Source: an uncultured Nitrospira sp. (GTDB lineage: Bacteria; Nitrospirota; Nitrospiria; SBBL01; JAADHI01). Taken from it: a DNA stretch of 64,000 bases. The position numbers were made by a program, and so were the translations under genes. Below, piece by piece: positions 10,062 to 19,883 of the stretch (position 1 is its first letter; each line of letters opens with the position of its first letter). The stretch spans positions 28,876 through 92,875 of the forward strand of contig CAYVHO010000009.1 in the NCBI GenBank assembly GCA_964451325.1. The letters are read 5' to 3'. The notes beneath the pieces are model-generated. The model searched no databases. It worked only from the letters and a program-made list of their open reading frames with translations, and was not told the origin of the DNA.

Positions 10062-11386
10062 GACGCTGATTCCATGCGATCAATAGGGTTACCACGCGCA
10101 AGAAATGTTTTGAAGTCCTTTGAAATCCGTTCATCCCGAGAAACCCTTTCCCAGAAACCATGTGCCATTTTTTTTGTTAGGGCCAGCATCTCCGCATTAA
10201 GATTTACCCCTCTCTGTTCAGGTGGGGTGAAGGTGTAAGGGAGAAGCTCACCGCCACTTTTTGGCGCAAAGCCCATAGAACACATGTCATATACGGGTAA
10301 GAGTTTAAAGACATTCCCCTCTATCGCCAAGCTTAAATTACCCAAATGCATGTCCGTATTATTGATGAGATGTCCGAAAACCCATAAACCCTCGGCATCA
10401 AAAACATGCGCCACACTGACTAAATCTTGCCTGTTAAGTGCGGTCATGACTTGAGGCCAAGCACTTCCGAGCCCGGTGAACTCAGCATCGACCAACTGAA
10501 GGGAGATCATCGACATTCGTCCATATTCTCTGCTGCGATCAAATCGCTGTGATTCTAAAAAAAATCTGCCGTCCATTTCAATCAGCCTGGTTTCTGCAGC
10601 AGGAAGTTCAAGGTGACGTATGGATTTTGTCGCGTGGTATTCAGTGATAAGGATATCGCGCCATCTCCGAGTAATCTCATTGTCCCCTTTGGGAGAAAAT
10701 TTCACGATGACATGGGCTGATCGCTCACCAGAAAAAGCGGTGAATTTTGGTTGTTCGCCACCAGCAGAAGACCCAGGAATGATGCCATTCATGACTGCAT
10801 TGGCCAGTGAGGGGTAGTCTTTTTCTGTGGTAACGACGGGTTTACGACGGACACGCAACATCGCCTGTTCGCCGAATTTCAAATTTCCAGGGAGATCATC
10901 ACCATTTGAGAGCAAATAACGCCCGATGTGGTTGGCAGTCCACGATCTTGGATCCGTCGGAAAGTCCTTAGACTTGGAAGCCATCTCTTCCGCAATCTGC
11001 CGTCCTAAAAATCCCTGGGGCCTCAGATCACTTAAAAAATAAGGCAAATCCTCATATAGACCGGTTCCACTTTCTCCGAGCAGTACAGCGGGCATCCCTA
11101 TCGCGGGCTCCACAAAAAACCCGCCATGGGCCAAAGGACGGATAAATGCAACAAAAACGGTCTTTCCATGTGCATCGACCATGCTCAAAGGGAGTTTGTC
11201 GTCTCCCCCAAAGGCATTACGGGTGATTGCATATTTAGGGGGACGGCCAGTCGGGAGCTTGATAATGGTATCGCCCAACGCTCTGAGTTGTCGCGATACT
11301 GCAGTTTGACTCAGGCCTGTTTCAGCTTGAATCTCTTTAGAGCTTGCGGGCCCTCTCATCAAATATTCGCGAATGGATAACGGCAT
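10058..11386 (-). CDS. yjjJ: HipA-family Ser/Thr kinase toxin, YjjJ type, with N-terminal HTH
   Basis: N-terminal HTH (SSKEIQAETGLSQTAVSRQL), P-loop SSAGGEQPKF, RFDR, NTDMHLGNLSL, PVYDM. Confidence 0.88.
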   Translation of the reverse strand: MPLSIREYLMRGPASSKEIQAETGLSQTAVSRQLRALGDTIIKLPTGRPPKYAITRNAFGGDDKLPLSMVDAHGKTVFVAFIRPLAHGGFFVEPAIGMPAVLLGESGTGLYEDLPYFLSDLRPQGFLGRQIAEEMASKSKDFPTDPRSWTANHIGRYLLSNGDDLPGNLKFGEQAMLRVRRKPVVTTEKDYPSLANAVMNGIIPGSSAGGEQPKFTAFSGERSAHVIVKFSPKGDNEITRRWRDILITEYHATKSIRHLELPAAETRLIEMDGRFFLESQRFDRSREYGRMSMISLQLVDAEFTGLGSAWPQVMTALNRQDLVSVAHVFDAEGLWVFGHLINNTDMHLGNLSLAIEGNVFKLLPVYDMCSMGFAPKSGGELLPYTFTPPEQRGVNLNAEMLALTKKMAHGFWERVSRDERISKDFKTFLARGNPIDRMESAS

Positions 11387-11420
11387 TGAGAAACTCCCTT
11401 GCGGACCAAACGACTTGATC

Positions 11421-11517
11421 TTTGACTAGAAAAATAAGAAATATTAACACAATAAATATGATTATATCAGATACTTATGTATTTTATATTTTTTAAATGA
11501 CTAGATAAATGACTACA
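11421..11517. repeat. TGACTA(G/C)A repeats upstream of the yjjJ-like gene (candidate operator)
   Basis: TAAATGACTAGA (11494-11505) and TAAATGACTACA (11506-11517) in tandem, plus TTTGACTAGA (11421-11430), in a very AT-rich stretch. Confidence 0.55.
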
Positions 11518-11597
11518 TATTCGCTCGTGGGGTCTTAAACAAGCGGGGATCTGGTCTTTTGAAGTGGCATTCCTTCTGGATGTAGAGAACTTCTTCC

Positions 11598-12995
11598 TTA
11601 GCTCTTTATGCCTGATGTCATCCTTTTAATCGATGCACCTGTGATTGAAAGCATTTCCTCCAAGTCTTTCATTGAGGTCGACAAGGGTGGCATCAGAAAA
11701 ATAACATTCCCAAGTGGCCTCAACAGCAGTCCGCGTCTTTGGGCTTCTCGGCAAACAAGGGTGCCAACACGTTTTTCCAAGGCATAGGGTGTTTTGTTTT
11801 TTTTATCGGCGACCAATTCAATGGCGATGACAAAACCCACCTGCCGGATGTCACCCACATGTTTCCATCGCCGCCAGGGTTTGATGGTTTTTGCTGCAAA
11901 TTTAATTTTGGGCTGGAGTTTTTCCAGGGTTTTTTCTTTTTTGAAGATCTCTAAATTGGCAAGGGCCGCGGCGCAGCCGAGTGCGTTCCCTGTGTAGCTG
12001 TGTCCATGGAAAAAGGTTTTGAATTCTTCATAATCACCCAGAAAAGCATCATAAATTGTTTGCGTCGTGAGGGTCACCGCAAGCGGTAGATAACCCCCGG
12101 TAATGCCTTTTGAGAGGGCCATGAGGTCGGGCACGACGTCTTCGTGTTCACAGGCAAACATCTTTCCGGTGCGACCAAAACCTACGGCGACTTCATCGGC
12201 AATCATTAAAACCTCGTATTGTGTGCAGAGGGTGCGTATTTTTTTAAGGTAACCGACCGGGGCAGCAAACATGCCAGCAGCGGCTTGGATTAGGGGCTCA
12301 ATGATGAGGCCCGCGAGTTTTTTGTGGTGGGTTTTTAATAGGGCCTCCACTTCGTCCGCACAGGCCAAAGCGCATGAAGGGTGTTCAAGCCCCAGCGGAC
12401 AACGATAACACGTGGGCGCGGGGGCTTTGATGGTGTCAGATAAGAGCGATTGATAGGTTTTATGGAAGAGGTCTATGCCACCGACGCTGACCGCGCCGAG
12501 GGTATCTCCGTGATAGGCATGAGCAAATGAGATAAATTTTTTCTTTGTTCGGTATTTTTTGTCTTGGTATTGCCAAAAAACGAAGGCCATTTTGAGTGCG
12601 ATTTCGACCGCAGTCGATCCGTTATCAGAATAAAACACCTTTGCAAGCTTTTGAGGTGCATCTTCTGAGGTGGGGGCGATTTCTATTAGTCGTTCAGCCA
12701 GCGCAATCGACGGGAGACTTGCAAGACCTAAGAGGGTCGAGTGGGAGATTTTCTGAATTTGATCGGCTAAGGCTTGATTCAGGTCGGGATGGTTGTGTCC
12801 ATGGATATTGACCCAGATAGAGGAGGTTCCATCAAGGTACACTCGCCCCGTAATATCTGTGAGACGAACACCCTCTCCTTTGACAATAATGGTCGGGCCT
12901 GAAACCTCCCACTCCTTCATTTGCGTGAAGGGATGCCAAACAAAGTCCTGGTCTTTTTTTTGCCATTGAGAAATTTCGTCTGATTTATAAGACAT
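11598..12995 (-). CDS. bioA: Adenosylmethionine--8-amino-7-oxononanoate transaminase
   Basis: WHPFTQM, SDNGSTAVEIALKMA, YHGDTLG, DEVAVGFGRTG, SKGITGGYLPL, HGHSYTGN. Confidence 0.96.
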   Translation of the reverse strand: MSYKSDEISQWQKKDQDFVWHPFTQMKEWEVSGPTIIVKGEGVRLTDITGRVYLDGTSSIWVNIHGHNHPDLNQALADQIQKISHSTLLGLASLPSIALAERLIEIAPTSEDAPQKLAKVFYSDNGSTAVEIALKMAFVFWQYQDKKYRTKKKFISFAHAYHGDTLGAVSVGGIDLFHKTYQSLLSDTIKAPAPTCYRCPLGLEHPSCALACADEVEALLKTHHKKLAGLIIEPLIQAAAGMFAAPVGYLKKIRTLCTQYEVLMIADEVAVGFGRTGKMFACEHEDVVPDLMALSKGITGGYLPLAVTLTTQTIYDAFLGDYEEFKTFFHGHSYTGNALGCAAALANLEIFKKEKTLEKLQPKIKFAAKTIKPWRRWKHVGDIRQVGFVIAIELVADKKNKTPYALEKRVGTLVCREAQRRGLLLRPLGNVIFLMPPLSTSMKDLEEMLSITGASIKRMTSGIKS

Positions 12996-13055
12996 TTTTT
13001 GAGACCACTCTGATAAAGCTTCCCTAAAACCTAGACCTTGTCCCTAAAGCGATGC

Positions 13056-13085
13056 TTTACAAGTCTAAAATTCCTATAGTATAAT
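13056..13085 (+). promoter_or_regulatory. sigma70-type promoter for the degP operon
   Basis: TTTACA-N18-TATAAT. Confidence 0.55.
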
Positions 13086-13114
13086 CGCAAGTTACTTCTT
13101 TTTTAAAGGGGGCT

Positions 13115-14623
13115 TTGGTGTCTGGACCGGGTCAAAGCGGAATGAGGCGATTTGTCTTTTCCGCTTTTTTATTGTTGGTCGGTGTTATCGTGGGTGTTGT
13201 GGTGAGTTCTGAGTACCGCATCGTACCTTCTGGCGAAGCGGTGGGGAATGAGCCACAAGTGCAGGCCCCTCCACACCAGAGCGTCGGGTCTGAACAGGCT
13301 TTTATTACCGTCTCTAAGGCCGTGACCCCCGCTGTTGTAAACATCTCCGCAAAGCGGAACACAAATACCCAGAAGGAGGACTTTGATTTTCCTTTTGAAG
13401 GACCTTTAAAACGATTTTTTGGTGAAAAATTTGGAAGGAAATCACCCCAGCACAAACGACGGGGTGAAGGCATGGGCTCAGGGGTCATCATAGAGTCAGA
13501 TGGTTTGATTGTGACGAACAATCATGTCATCGAAGATGCGGATGAAATCATCGTTATTTTATCAGATAAACGTGAATTTAAAGGCATCATTGTCGGAACA
13601 GACCCAAAAAGTGATTTGGCTGTCATCCGAATTAAAGCCAAGGGTCTTCCAACAATTCCCTGGGGCAATTCATCGAATATTCAGGTGGGGACATACATTC
13701 TTGCGATTGGAAATCCCTTTGGTTTGACTCAGACCGTAACAATGGGCATTATTTCAGCTGTAGGTAGAGCAAACATCGGTTTGACTGACTATGAAGATTT
13801 TATTCAGACGGATGCCGCAATCAATCCAGGCAATTCCGGGGGCGCAATGGTCAACATCCAAGGGGAGCTGATCGGGATCAATACGGCAATCTTTACGCGC
13901 AGCGGGGGCTACATGGGGATTGGTTTTGCCGTGCCAAGCGATATGGTGCGCTCTATCGTCGGAAAACTTGTCAAATCGGGCAAAGTAGTGCGGGGTTGGT
14001 TGGGGGTTGCGATTCAAGAAGTCACGCCACAGATTGCAACAATTTTTGGTCTGGAAGAAGCGCGGGGTGCCCTCGTGAGCGAAGTGATGGCAGGAAGTCC
14101 TGCTGAAAAAGGGGGGTTTAAGTCTGGGGATGTCATTCTTTCTTTTGCGGGTAAGACCTTGGGCGATACCAATGCCTTACGACATACCGTGGCAAAGGCT
14201 TCACCGGGAGATCTCATTAACGTTGACGTCATCCGTGAAGGCCAGGCGATGGTTCTGACGGTCAAGATTGAAATACAACCCAATGATCTTTTTGCAAAAA
14301 GAAGTCGTACGCCACACAAAACCCCGCCTAAATTGAGTGCGGCTTTGCAGGGGGTTTCCGTGGGTGAATTGAGTCCTGAATTGCTCGAACAGCTTGCATT
14401 GGAACCCGGTTTGTCAGGCGTGGTGATTTTAAAAGTTGATCCGGGCAGCAATGCCCGAGAAGCGGGTTTGAGAAAATCGGACATTATCCTGGAAGTCAAT
14501 CGCAAAACCATTTTGACCTTAGACGACTATGAGGCCGCATTTTCAAAAATCGACAAAACAAACCCGGTTTTGCTCTTGGTGCGCCGACAGGATCGAACCT
14601 TGTTTTTAACCGTAACACCGTAA
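13115..14623 (+). CDS. degP: HtrA/DegP/DegQ family serine protease with two PDZ domains
   Basis: TNNHV, DLAVI, TDAAINPGNSGG triad motifs and two PDZ domains; the start could be 13142. Confidence 0.93.
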   Translation: MVSGPGQSGMRRFVFSAFLLLVGVIVGVVVSSEYRIVPSGEAVGNEPQVQAPPHQSVGSEQAFITVSKAVTPAVVNISAKRNTNTQKEDFDFPFEGPLKRFFGEKFGRKSPQHKRRGEGMGSGVIIESDGLIVTNNHVIEDADEIIVILSDKREFKGIIVGTDPKSDLAVIRIKAKGLPTIPWGNSSNIQVGTYILAIGNPFGLTQTVTMGIISAVGRANIGLTDYEDFIQTDAAINPGNSGGAMVNIQGELIGINTAIFTRSGGYMGIGFAVPSDMVRSIVGKLVKSGKVVRGWLGVAIQEVTPQIATIFGLEEARGALVSEVMAGSPAEKGGFKSGDVILSFAGKTLGDTNALRHTVAKASPGDLINVDVIREGQAMVLTVKIEIQPNDLFAKRSRTPHKTPPKLSAALQGVSVGELSPELLEQLALEPGLSGVVILKVDPGSNAREAGLRKSDIILEVNRKTILTLDDYEAAFSKIDKTNPVLLLVRRQDRTLFLTVTP

Positions 14624-14714
14624 CATCAGTACCTTTCATATTAAATTTAGCTCTTTTTTTGTAAGAAAATGAGGGGGAGTGCTTTTCATTCATTAAGTGA
14701 AAAGGGGTCTACAG

Positions 14715-15791
14715 ATGAAAATGGACTACATTCTTTATTTATTTTTTGTGGGTATTGCAGCGTCGCTGGGCTATGCCTTGGGGGACGGATTGGGTGTCAA
14801 TGTGGCCTATACAGGCGCAGGCCTGGGTTTGTGTGTCGGCCTGGGCCTTGCGTTTTTTTCGCTGTCACTAAAAAAGAGAACCGTAAAGCGGTTTTGCTGG
14901 GGGACGATTGGTTTTATCGCGGGGCTGCTGAGTGCCACCCTTATGAATACCCTGGCAGATCCTTTGCTGGGTTTTTCACCTCAAGCCATTTTTTTGTGGA
15001 AAGCACTCTCGGTTCTGTTTTTTTCCTCCGTGGGGACTATTTTGGCACTCCGGGTTGAAGCCGACCCCGATATTTTTTCCGCACGGGAACAAGCCGAAGG
15101 CTTACGTCCCGAAAGTCTAAAGATTTTGGATACCAGCGTGATCATTGATGGTCGCATTGGTGATCTTTGTGAAACCGGTTTTTTAGAAGGGGTGTTTATT
15201 ACCCCTCAGTTTATATTGCAGGAACTTCAACATATTGCAGATTCTTCTGATTCAATGAAACGGGCCAGAGGACGACGGGGTTTGGATGTCCTGCATCGTC
15301 TGCAAGAGATGCCTGACATCGAAATTCGTATCATCGAGACCGACTTCCCCAAAATTCGGGAGGTGGACTCCAAAATTGTCGCACTCGGAAAAGCGATTAA
15401 CGCAAAGGTCATTACCAATGATTTAAACCTCAACAAGGTTGCGGAGCTTCAGGGGGTGCGTGTGCTCAATATCAATCAACTCTGCAATGCTTTAAAACCA
15501 GTCGTCTTGCCCGGTGAAGTCATGCGGGTTTTTGTGCTCAAAGAAGGGAAAGAAGCGGGGCAGGGCATCGCTTATTTGGACGATGGCACGATGATTGTTG
15601 TGGATGATGCCCGGAAATCAATCGGAAAAACAATACAAATTACCGTGACCAGTGTGCTGCAAACACCAGCGGGTCGAATGATTTTCAGTCGATATCGTGA
15701 AAAAGAACCGTCTGTCATTTCAAAAGCAGCGGTGCCTGTTTCGGCTGAAGGCCATTCTCGGTCGCCACGTTCTCTGGCAGGAAAGCCTTGA
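14715..15791 (+). CDS. PIN/TRAM domain membrane protein (YacL family)
   Basis: Four TM helices, [55 protein letters not shown]. Confidence 0.93.
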   Translation: MKMDYILYLFFVGIAASLGYALGDGLGVNVAYTGAGLGLCVGLGLAFFSLSLKKRTVKRFCWGTIGFIAGLLSATLMNTLADPLLGFSPQAIFLWKALSVLFFSSVGTILALRVEADPDIFSAREQAEGLRPESLKILDTSVIIDGRIGDLCETGFLEGVFITPQFILQELQHIADSSDSMKRARGRRGLDVLHRLQEMPDIEIRIIETDFPKIREVDSKIVALGKAINAKVITNDLNLNKVAELQGVRVLNINQLCNALKPVVLPGEVMRVFVLKEGKEAGQGIAYLDDGTMIVVDDARKSIGKTIQITVTSVLQTPAGRMIFSRYREKEPSVISKAAVPVSAEGHSRSPRSLAGKP

Positions 15792-16495
15792 GCGTCCATG
15801 CCATTGTTCTTGCCGCCGGATCAGGACAACGTTTTGGTGCAAAAAAGCAGTTTTTAGATCTTGCTGGTAAGCCTGTTATCATCCATAGCCTTTCCCTTTT
15901 TCAGCAATCTGCACTGATTGAAACGGTGGTTTGTGTTGTGCCAAAGGCAGATACGGTCTTCGCAAAAGAACTGGTTTCAGAATACGGACTCTCAAAAATA
16001 AAAGCAGTCTTGGCTGGAGGAAAAACACGTCAAGATTCGGTGGCAATTGCCCTTGATCATTTAGCGTCCAAAAAGTCAGCCGAGGATCTTGTCTTGGTGC
16101 ATGATGGCGCACGTCCCCTTTTAAGCCTTCCCTTGCTTGAAGCCCTTATTGCGGAAGCTAAAAAAAGTGGTGCCGTTGTTGCTGGACGTCCGGTCAGCGA
16201 TTCACTCAAATTCGTTTCCTCAGAAGGTGTTATCCAAGACACCCTGCCGAGAGAAGGGCTTTGGGCCATGCAGACCCCGCAGGTTTTTACCTTGTCTGTT
16301 TTACTCAAAGCCTATCGAAAAGGGGCTGCCGAGGGGTTTTCTGCAACAGACGAGGCCATGCTGGTCGAGCGTTTGGGTGTCGTAATAAAGTGTATCGTCG
16401 GTCCCTCGGAAAATATTAAAATTACAAATCCCTCAGACTTACGATTGGCCGAATCCTTGTTACAGCAACAACAAGAAGGAGTCCTTTTATCATGA
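15788..16495 (+). CDS. ispD: 2-C-methyl-D-erythritol 4-phosphate cytidylyltransferase
   Basis: [40 protein letters not shown]. Confidence 0.96.
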   Translation: MSVHAIVLAAGSGQRFGAKKQFLDLAGKPVIIHSLSLFQQSALIETVVCVVPKADTVFAKELVSEYGLSKIKAVLAGGKTRQDSVAIALDHLASKKSAEDLVLVHDGARPLLSLPLLEALIAEAKKSGAVVAGRPVSDSLKFVSSEGVIQDTLPREGLWAMQTPQVFTLSVLLKAYRKGAAEGFSATDEAMLVERLGVVIKCIVGPSENIKITNPSDLRLAESLLQQQQEGVLLS

Positions 16496-16992
16496 TGCGT
16501 GTTGGGATTGGGTACGATGTTCATCCCCTGGTTGTGGGTGTGCCTTGTGTGATTGGCGGGGTGAAGATTCCCCACGAAAAAGGCTTGCAAGGGTATTCAG
16601 ATGGGGATGTTTTATTACACGCGATTTCCGATGCCCTGCTCGGGGCCATCGGCGGTGGAGACATTGGCCGACACTTTAAAGAAGGGGACCCGCGCTGGAA
16701 AGGCATTTCCAGCTTGAAGCTGCTTGAGCGGGTTTCCATGATGCTCTCGGAAAAAGGCTGGCGAACGATCAATTGTGACTGCGTGGTCATCGCCGAAGCC
16801 CCAAAAATTTTTCCTTATGCAGAACAAATGCAAAAAAAAATTGCCAGGGCGCTTGCGACACGTCCTGAAGACATCAATATTAAAGCCTCAACCACGGACA
16901 GGCTCGGTTTTATCGGACGAGAAGAAGGCATTGCCGCGCAGGCCATTTGCCTGCTGCATTCATCAATGGCGGAGCATGTTTCGGACAATTAA
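16492..16992 (+). CDS. ispF: 2-C-methyl-D-erythritol 2,4-cyclodiphosphate synthase
   Basis: [40 protein letters not shown]. Confidence 0.96.
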   Translation: MMRVGIGYDVHPLVVGVPCVIGGVKIPHEKGLQGYSDGDVLLHAISDALLGAIGGGDIGRHFKEGDPRWKGISSLKLLERVSMMLSEKGWRTINCDCVVIAEAPKIFPYAEQMQKKIARALATRPEDINIKASTTDRLGFIGREEGIAAQAICLLHSSMAEHVSDN

Positions 16993-17653
16993 AAGTGACA
17001 TTCAAGCCGCTCGAGAACGAGACCCTGCCGCGCGAAGCGCCCTCGAAATACTCCTGACCTATCCCGGTGTGCATGCTGTGATTTTGCATCGTCTGGCTTA
17101 TGCGATTTGCCAGAAAGGGATTCCGCTTTTGCCACGCATGATTTCCCATCTTTCGCGTTTTGTGACTGGGATTGAAATCCATCCTGCCGCCATCATTGGC
17201 CGAAGCTTTTTTATTGACCACGGCATGGGTGTGGTTGTCGGAGAAACCGCTGAAATCGGAGACCACGTGACTTTGTATCAGGGGGTCACTTTGGGCGGAA
17301 CAGGCAATGAGCGAGGCAAGCGTCACCCGACACTTGGAAATCATGTGATTGTTGGTGCGGGTGCAAAAGTGCTGGGTGGCATCGTTGTTGGGGACCATGT
17401 GCGGATTGGTGCAAATTCCGTTGTTTTAAAGGCAGTGCCAGATCATTCGACTGTTGTCGGTATTCCGGGAAAAATAGTGCAGCGAAGAAGTGAAGAAGGC
17501 GATTTGGATCATATAAAAATGCGTGATCCCATTGCTGATCGTTTTGAATTACTTGAAACTCAAGTCCTGGAACTTAAACGTAAAGTCCACGAAAAACAAG
17601 CCAACCCCTTTCAAAAATCAGAGCAGAATTCAGGTGACAAAGAATCCGATTGA
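16976..17653 (+). CDS. cysE: Serine O-acetyltransferase
   Basis: [38 protein letters not shown]. Start at ATG 16976 after GGAG. Confidence 0.95.
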   Translation: MFRTIKSDIQAARERDPAARSALEILLTYPGVHAVILHRLAYAICQKGIPLLPRMISHLSRFVTGIEIHPAAIIGRSFFIDHGMGVVVGETAEIGDHVTLYQGVTLGGTGNERGKRHPTLGNHVIVGAGAKVLGGIVVGDHVRIGANSVVLKAVPDHSTVVGIPGKIVQRRSEEGDLDHIKMRDPIADRFELLETQVLELKRKVHEKQANPFQKSEQNSGDKESD

Positions 17654-18746
17654 TGCTGCGGTGCGTCGCCGATTTACCATACCCTTGTTGAAGTGGTATC
17701 ACGCCTTGGGTCGTGATCTACCCTGGCGTAGCACCGATGATCCTTATCGGATTTGGCTGTCTGAAATCATGCTGCAACAAACACAAGTTGCAACAGCCCT
17801 TCCCTATTACCATCGTTTTTTAGAAGCCTTCCCGACAATAAAGGCTTTGGCTTCAGCCGAACTGGAAGCTGTTTTAAAATTGTGGCAGGGTTTGGGTTAT
17901 TATGCCCGCGCGCGCAACCTGCATCGTGCTGCACAAATACTGGTCGCCCAATTTTCAGCAACAATGCCGGAATCGTTTGAGTCCGTTTTGGCGCTACCTG
18001 GCATCGGTCGTTCGACTGCGGGTGCGATTTTGACCATTGCCCACGGGAAACGATACCCCATTTTGGATGGCAACGTGCGTCGTGTGCTTTGCCGATTTTT
18101 TGCGATTGAAGAAGATCCACGCGAAAAATCCGTCGATCTTTGGTTGTGGCATGCTTCAGAAACACTCATGCCCAAACACGATGCGAGTCATTATTTGCAG
18201 GCGATTATGGACTTGGGCGCAACAGTCTGTACGCCAAAACAAGCAAGTTGTACCGCTTGTCCCGTCGAAAAGTCCTGTGCGGCCCGCAAAAAAGGGCTTG
18301 AGACTCTGCTTCCCCTAAGGGCGCCATCAAAAAAACAACCTCATTATGATTATTTTGCAGGTGTGCTCTGTGTCGATAACGCCGTCTTAATCCGTCGAAG
18401 ACCCTTAAAAGGGCTATTGGGCGGGCTTTGGGAATTTCCCAGCGAGCGCGTTAAAGAAGGCTTAAGACAAGAGGGACTTGTCCTCGCCTATGAACGATTT
18501 TTCCAGCAAAGCTTTGGTGTTGATGTGCGTAAATCCGAGCCCTATATGACCATTCGGCATGTGTTTACCCATTTTAAAATGACACTCCATGTCTTTTTAC
18601 ATCATACAGAAAAACGAGTGGAAACGGCCTTGCCTGTAGATTGGATCGAACGCGAAGCCCTTTCTAATCGACCCTTTTCGAGTGCGCATCAAAAAATTGT
18701 TCTGCAACTGACACAACAACAAAATCAGGGGGAATTGTTTCAATAA
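17634..18746 (+). CDS. mutY: A/G-specific adenine glycosylase
   Basis: [45 protein letters not shown], 4Fe-4S C-x6-C-x2-C-x5-C, GLWEFP. Likely GTG start at 17634. Confidence 0.95.
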   Translation: MTKNPIDAAVRRRFTIPLLKWYHALGRDLPWRSTDDPYRIWLSEIMLQQTQVATALPYYHRFLEAFPTIKALASAELEAVLKLWQGLGYYARARNLHRAAQILVAQFSATMPESFESVLALPGIGRSTAGAILTIAHGKRYPILDGNVRRVLCRFFAIEEDPREKSVDLWLWHASETLMPKHDASHYLQAIMDLGATVCTPKQASCTACPVEKSCAARKKGLETLLPLRAPSKKQPHYDYFAGVLCVDNAVLIRRRPLKGLLGGLWEFPSERVKEGLRQEGLVLAYERFFQQSFGVDVRKSEPYMTIRHVFTHFKMTLHVFLHHTEKRVETALPVDWIEREALSNRPFSSAHQKIVLQLTQQQNQGELFQ

Positions 18747-18791
18747 CCTTCCGAATAACGACAGAAGCGATAAGGCTTTGCTATGGTTTTG

Positions 18792-19586
18792 TTATTTTGA
18801 GCGGGATTTTTCTGTACGGCTTTTTGTTATCGCCTTCTTCTCAAAAAGCACACTTCTTTCGTCAGGCGACACTTCTGTCCTGAGAGGAACTTCGTAATAA
18901 CATTGATTCCGTCCACCTGTTTTTGCTTTGTAGAGATTTTCGTCCGCTGCTTTAAGGAGCTGGGCCGCGTCGGGGGCTGTCGCCCTTTTCACTTCTGCGG
19001 CTCCAATACTGAGGGTCACCGATAGAGACTGCTTCTCTTGAATCACAATTTTTTCTTCCGAGATGGATTTTCTGAGTCGTTCCGCAACTTGGATTGCATA
19101 TTTAAGCGAACAATTCGGGAGGATGACCGCAAATTCTTCTCCGCCATAACGAGAAAGCGTGTCTCCGGGCCTCAGCTCTTGTTTGAGGCGCTTGGCAACG
19201 GTCTCAAGCACACAATCTCCCTCGGGGTGTCCATATTGGTCGTTGATATTTTTAAAATGATCAATGTCAAGCATGAGCAATACGCAAGGCGTGTCATCTC
19301 GCCGTGCCCGATGGACTTCGCGTTGCAGCGCAATTTTAAAATAGCGCTGATTGCTGAGTCCGGTGAGTCCATCGTGCATGGATAAAGAACAGAGCGTATC
19401 GATAACACCTTGCAAAACTTGAGAAGGATCAAGTGCTGCATCCAGCCTCGGGTCGGGATAACCCGCGTGACAGATGAGCTGAATGGCTTCACTCAGGTTG
19501 ACCTTGTGTCCTGAGGTTTGAGATTTGCTCGAAGTTTCTTCTGATTGTGACTGAGGGGCGAACATTATCTGCGACCTGAATATCAT
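18792..19586 (-). CDS. Diguanylate cyclase (GGEEF) with short N-terminus
   Basis: HDGLTGL, DIDHFKNIND..GH..GD, I-site RPGD, RYGGEEF, AKTGGRN. Confidence 0.92.
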   Translation of the reverse strand: MIFRSQIMFAPQSQSEETSSKSQTSGHKVNLSEAIQLICHAGYPDPRLDAALDPSQVLQGVIDTLCSLSMHDGLTGLSNQRYFKIALQREVHRARRDDTPCVLLMLDIDHFKNINDQYGHPEGDCVLETVAKRLKQELRPGDTLSRYGGEEFAVILPNCSLKYAIQVAERLRKSISEEKIVIQEKQSLSVTLSIGAAEVKRATAPDAAQLLKAADENLYKAKTGGRNQCYYEVPLRTEVSPDERSVLFEKKAITKSRTEKSRSK

Positions 19587-19819
19587 GTATTGGGCTGCCT
19601 TCTCTCCCCTCTATCATAACATACGGCAAAAAGGCGGAAGGAAGGGCTGAAAGATCTCTCTCTGGTCGAGCGTTTTTGCTTCGTTTTAATTCAGACCCCT
19701 CAATGTGGGCATTTTTATTCGTGCGAAAACTCAAAATCCAAGCTTCTAGCTACTCACTTTATTTATCATAAAGTCCCATTAAAAGTTCAAGATGGAATAC
19801 GATTCCCCCTTTTACTTTC

Positions 19820-19849
19820 TTGACTTTCAAGCTTAATCAGACATATAAT
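19820..19849 (+). promoter_or_regulatory. sigma70-type promoter for ffh
   Basis: TTGACT-N18-TATAAT about 35 bp before the ATG. Confidence 0.6.
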
Positions 19850-19883
19850 CGGCCTATTTTTCGTGGGAGATCTGTGCCTCGTT

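Noticed and set aside
13021-13062. TCCCTAAA direct repeat and TAAAGC-GAT-GCTTTA dyad upstream of bioA as a BirA operator
   Set aside because: Only one half-site resembles GGTTTACAA, and it coincides with the -35 of the degP promoter.
14715-15791. PIN domain as a toxin-antitoxin toxin
   Set aside because: It is the conserved membrane PIN/TRAM (YacL) gene in its usual position before ispD-ispF.
19610-19655. sigma28-like GCCGTAT upstream of the diguanylate cyclase
   Set aside because: The -35 element and spacing do not fit.
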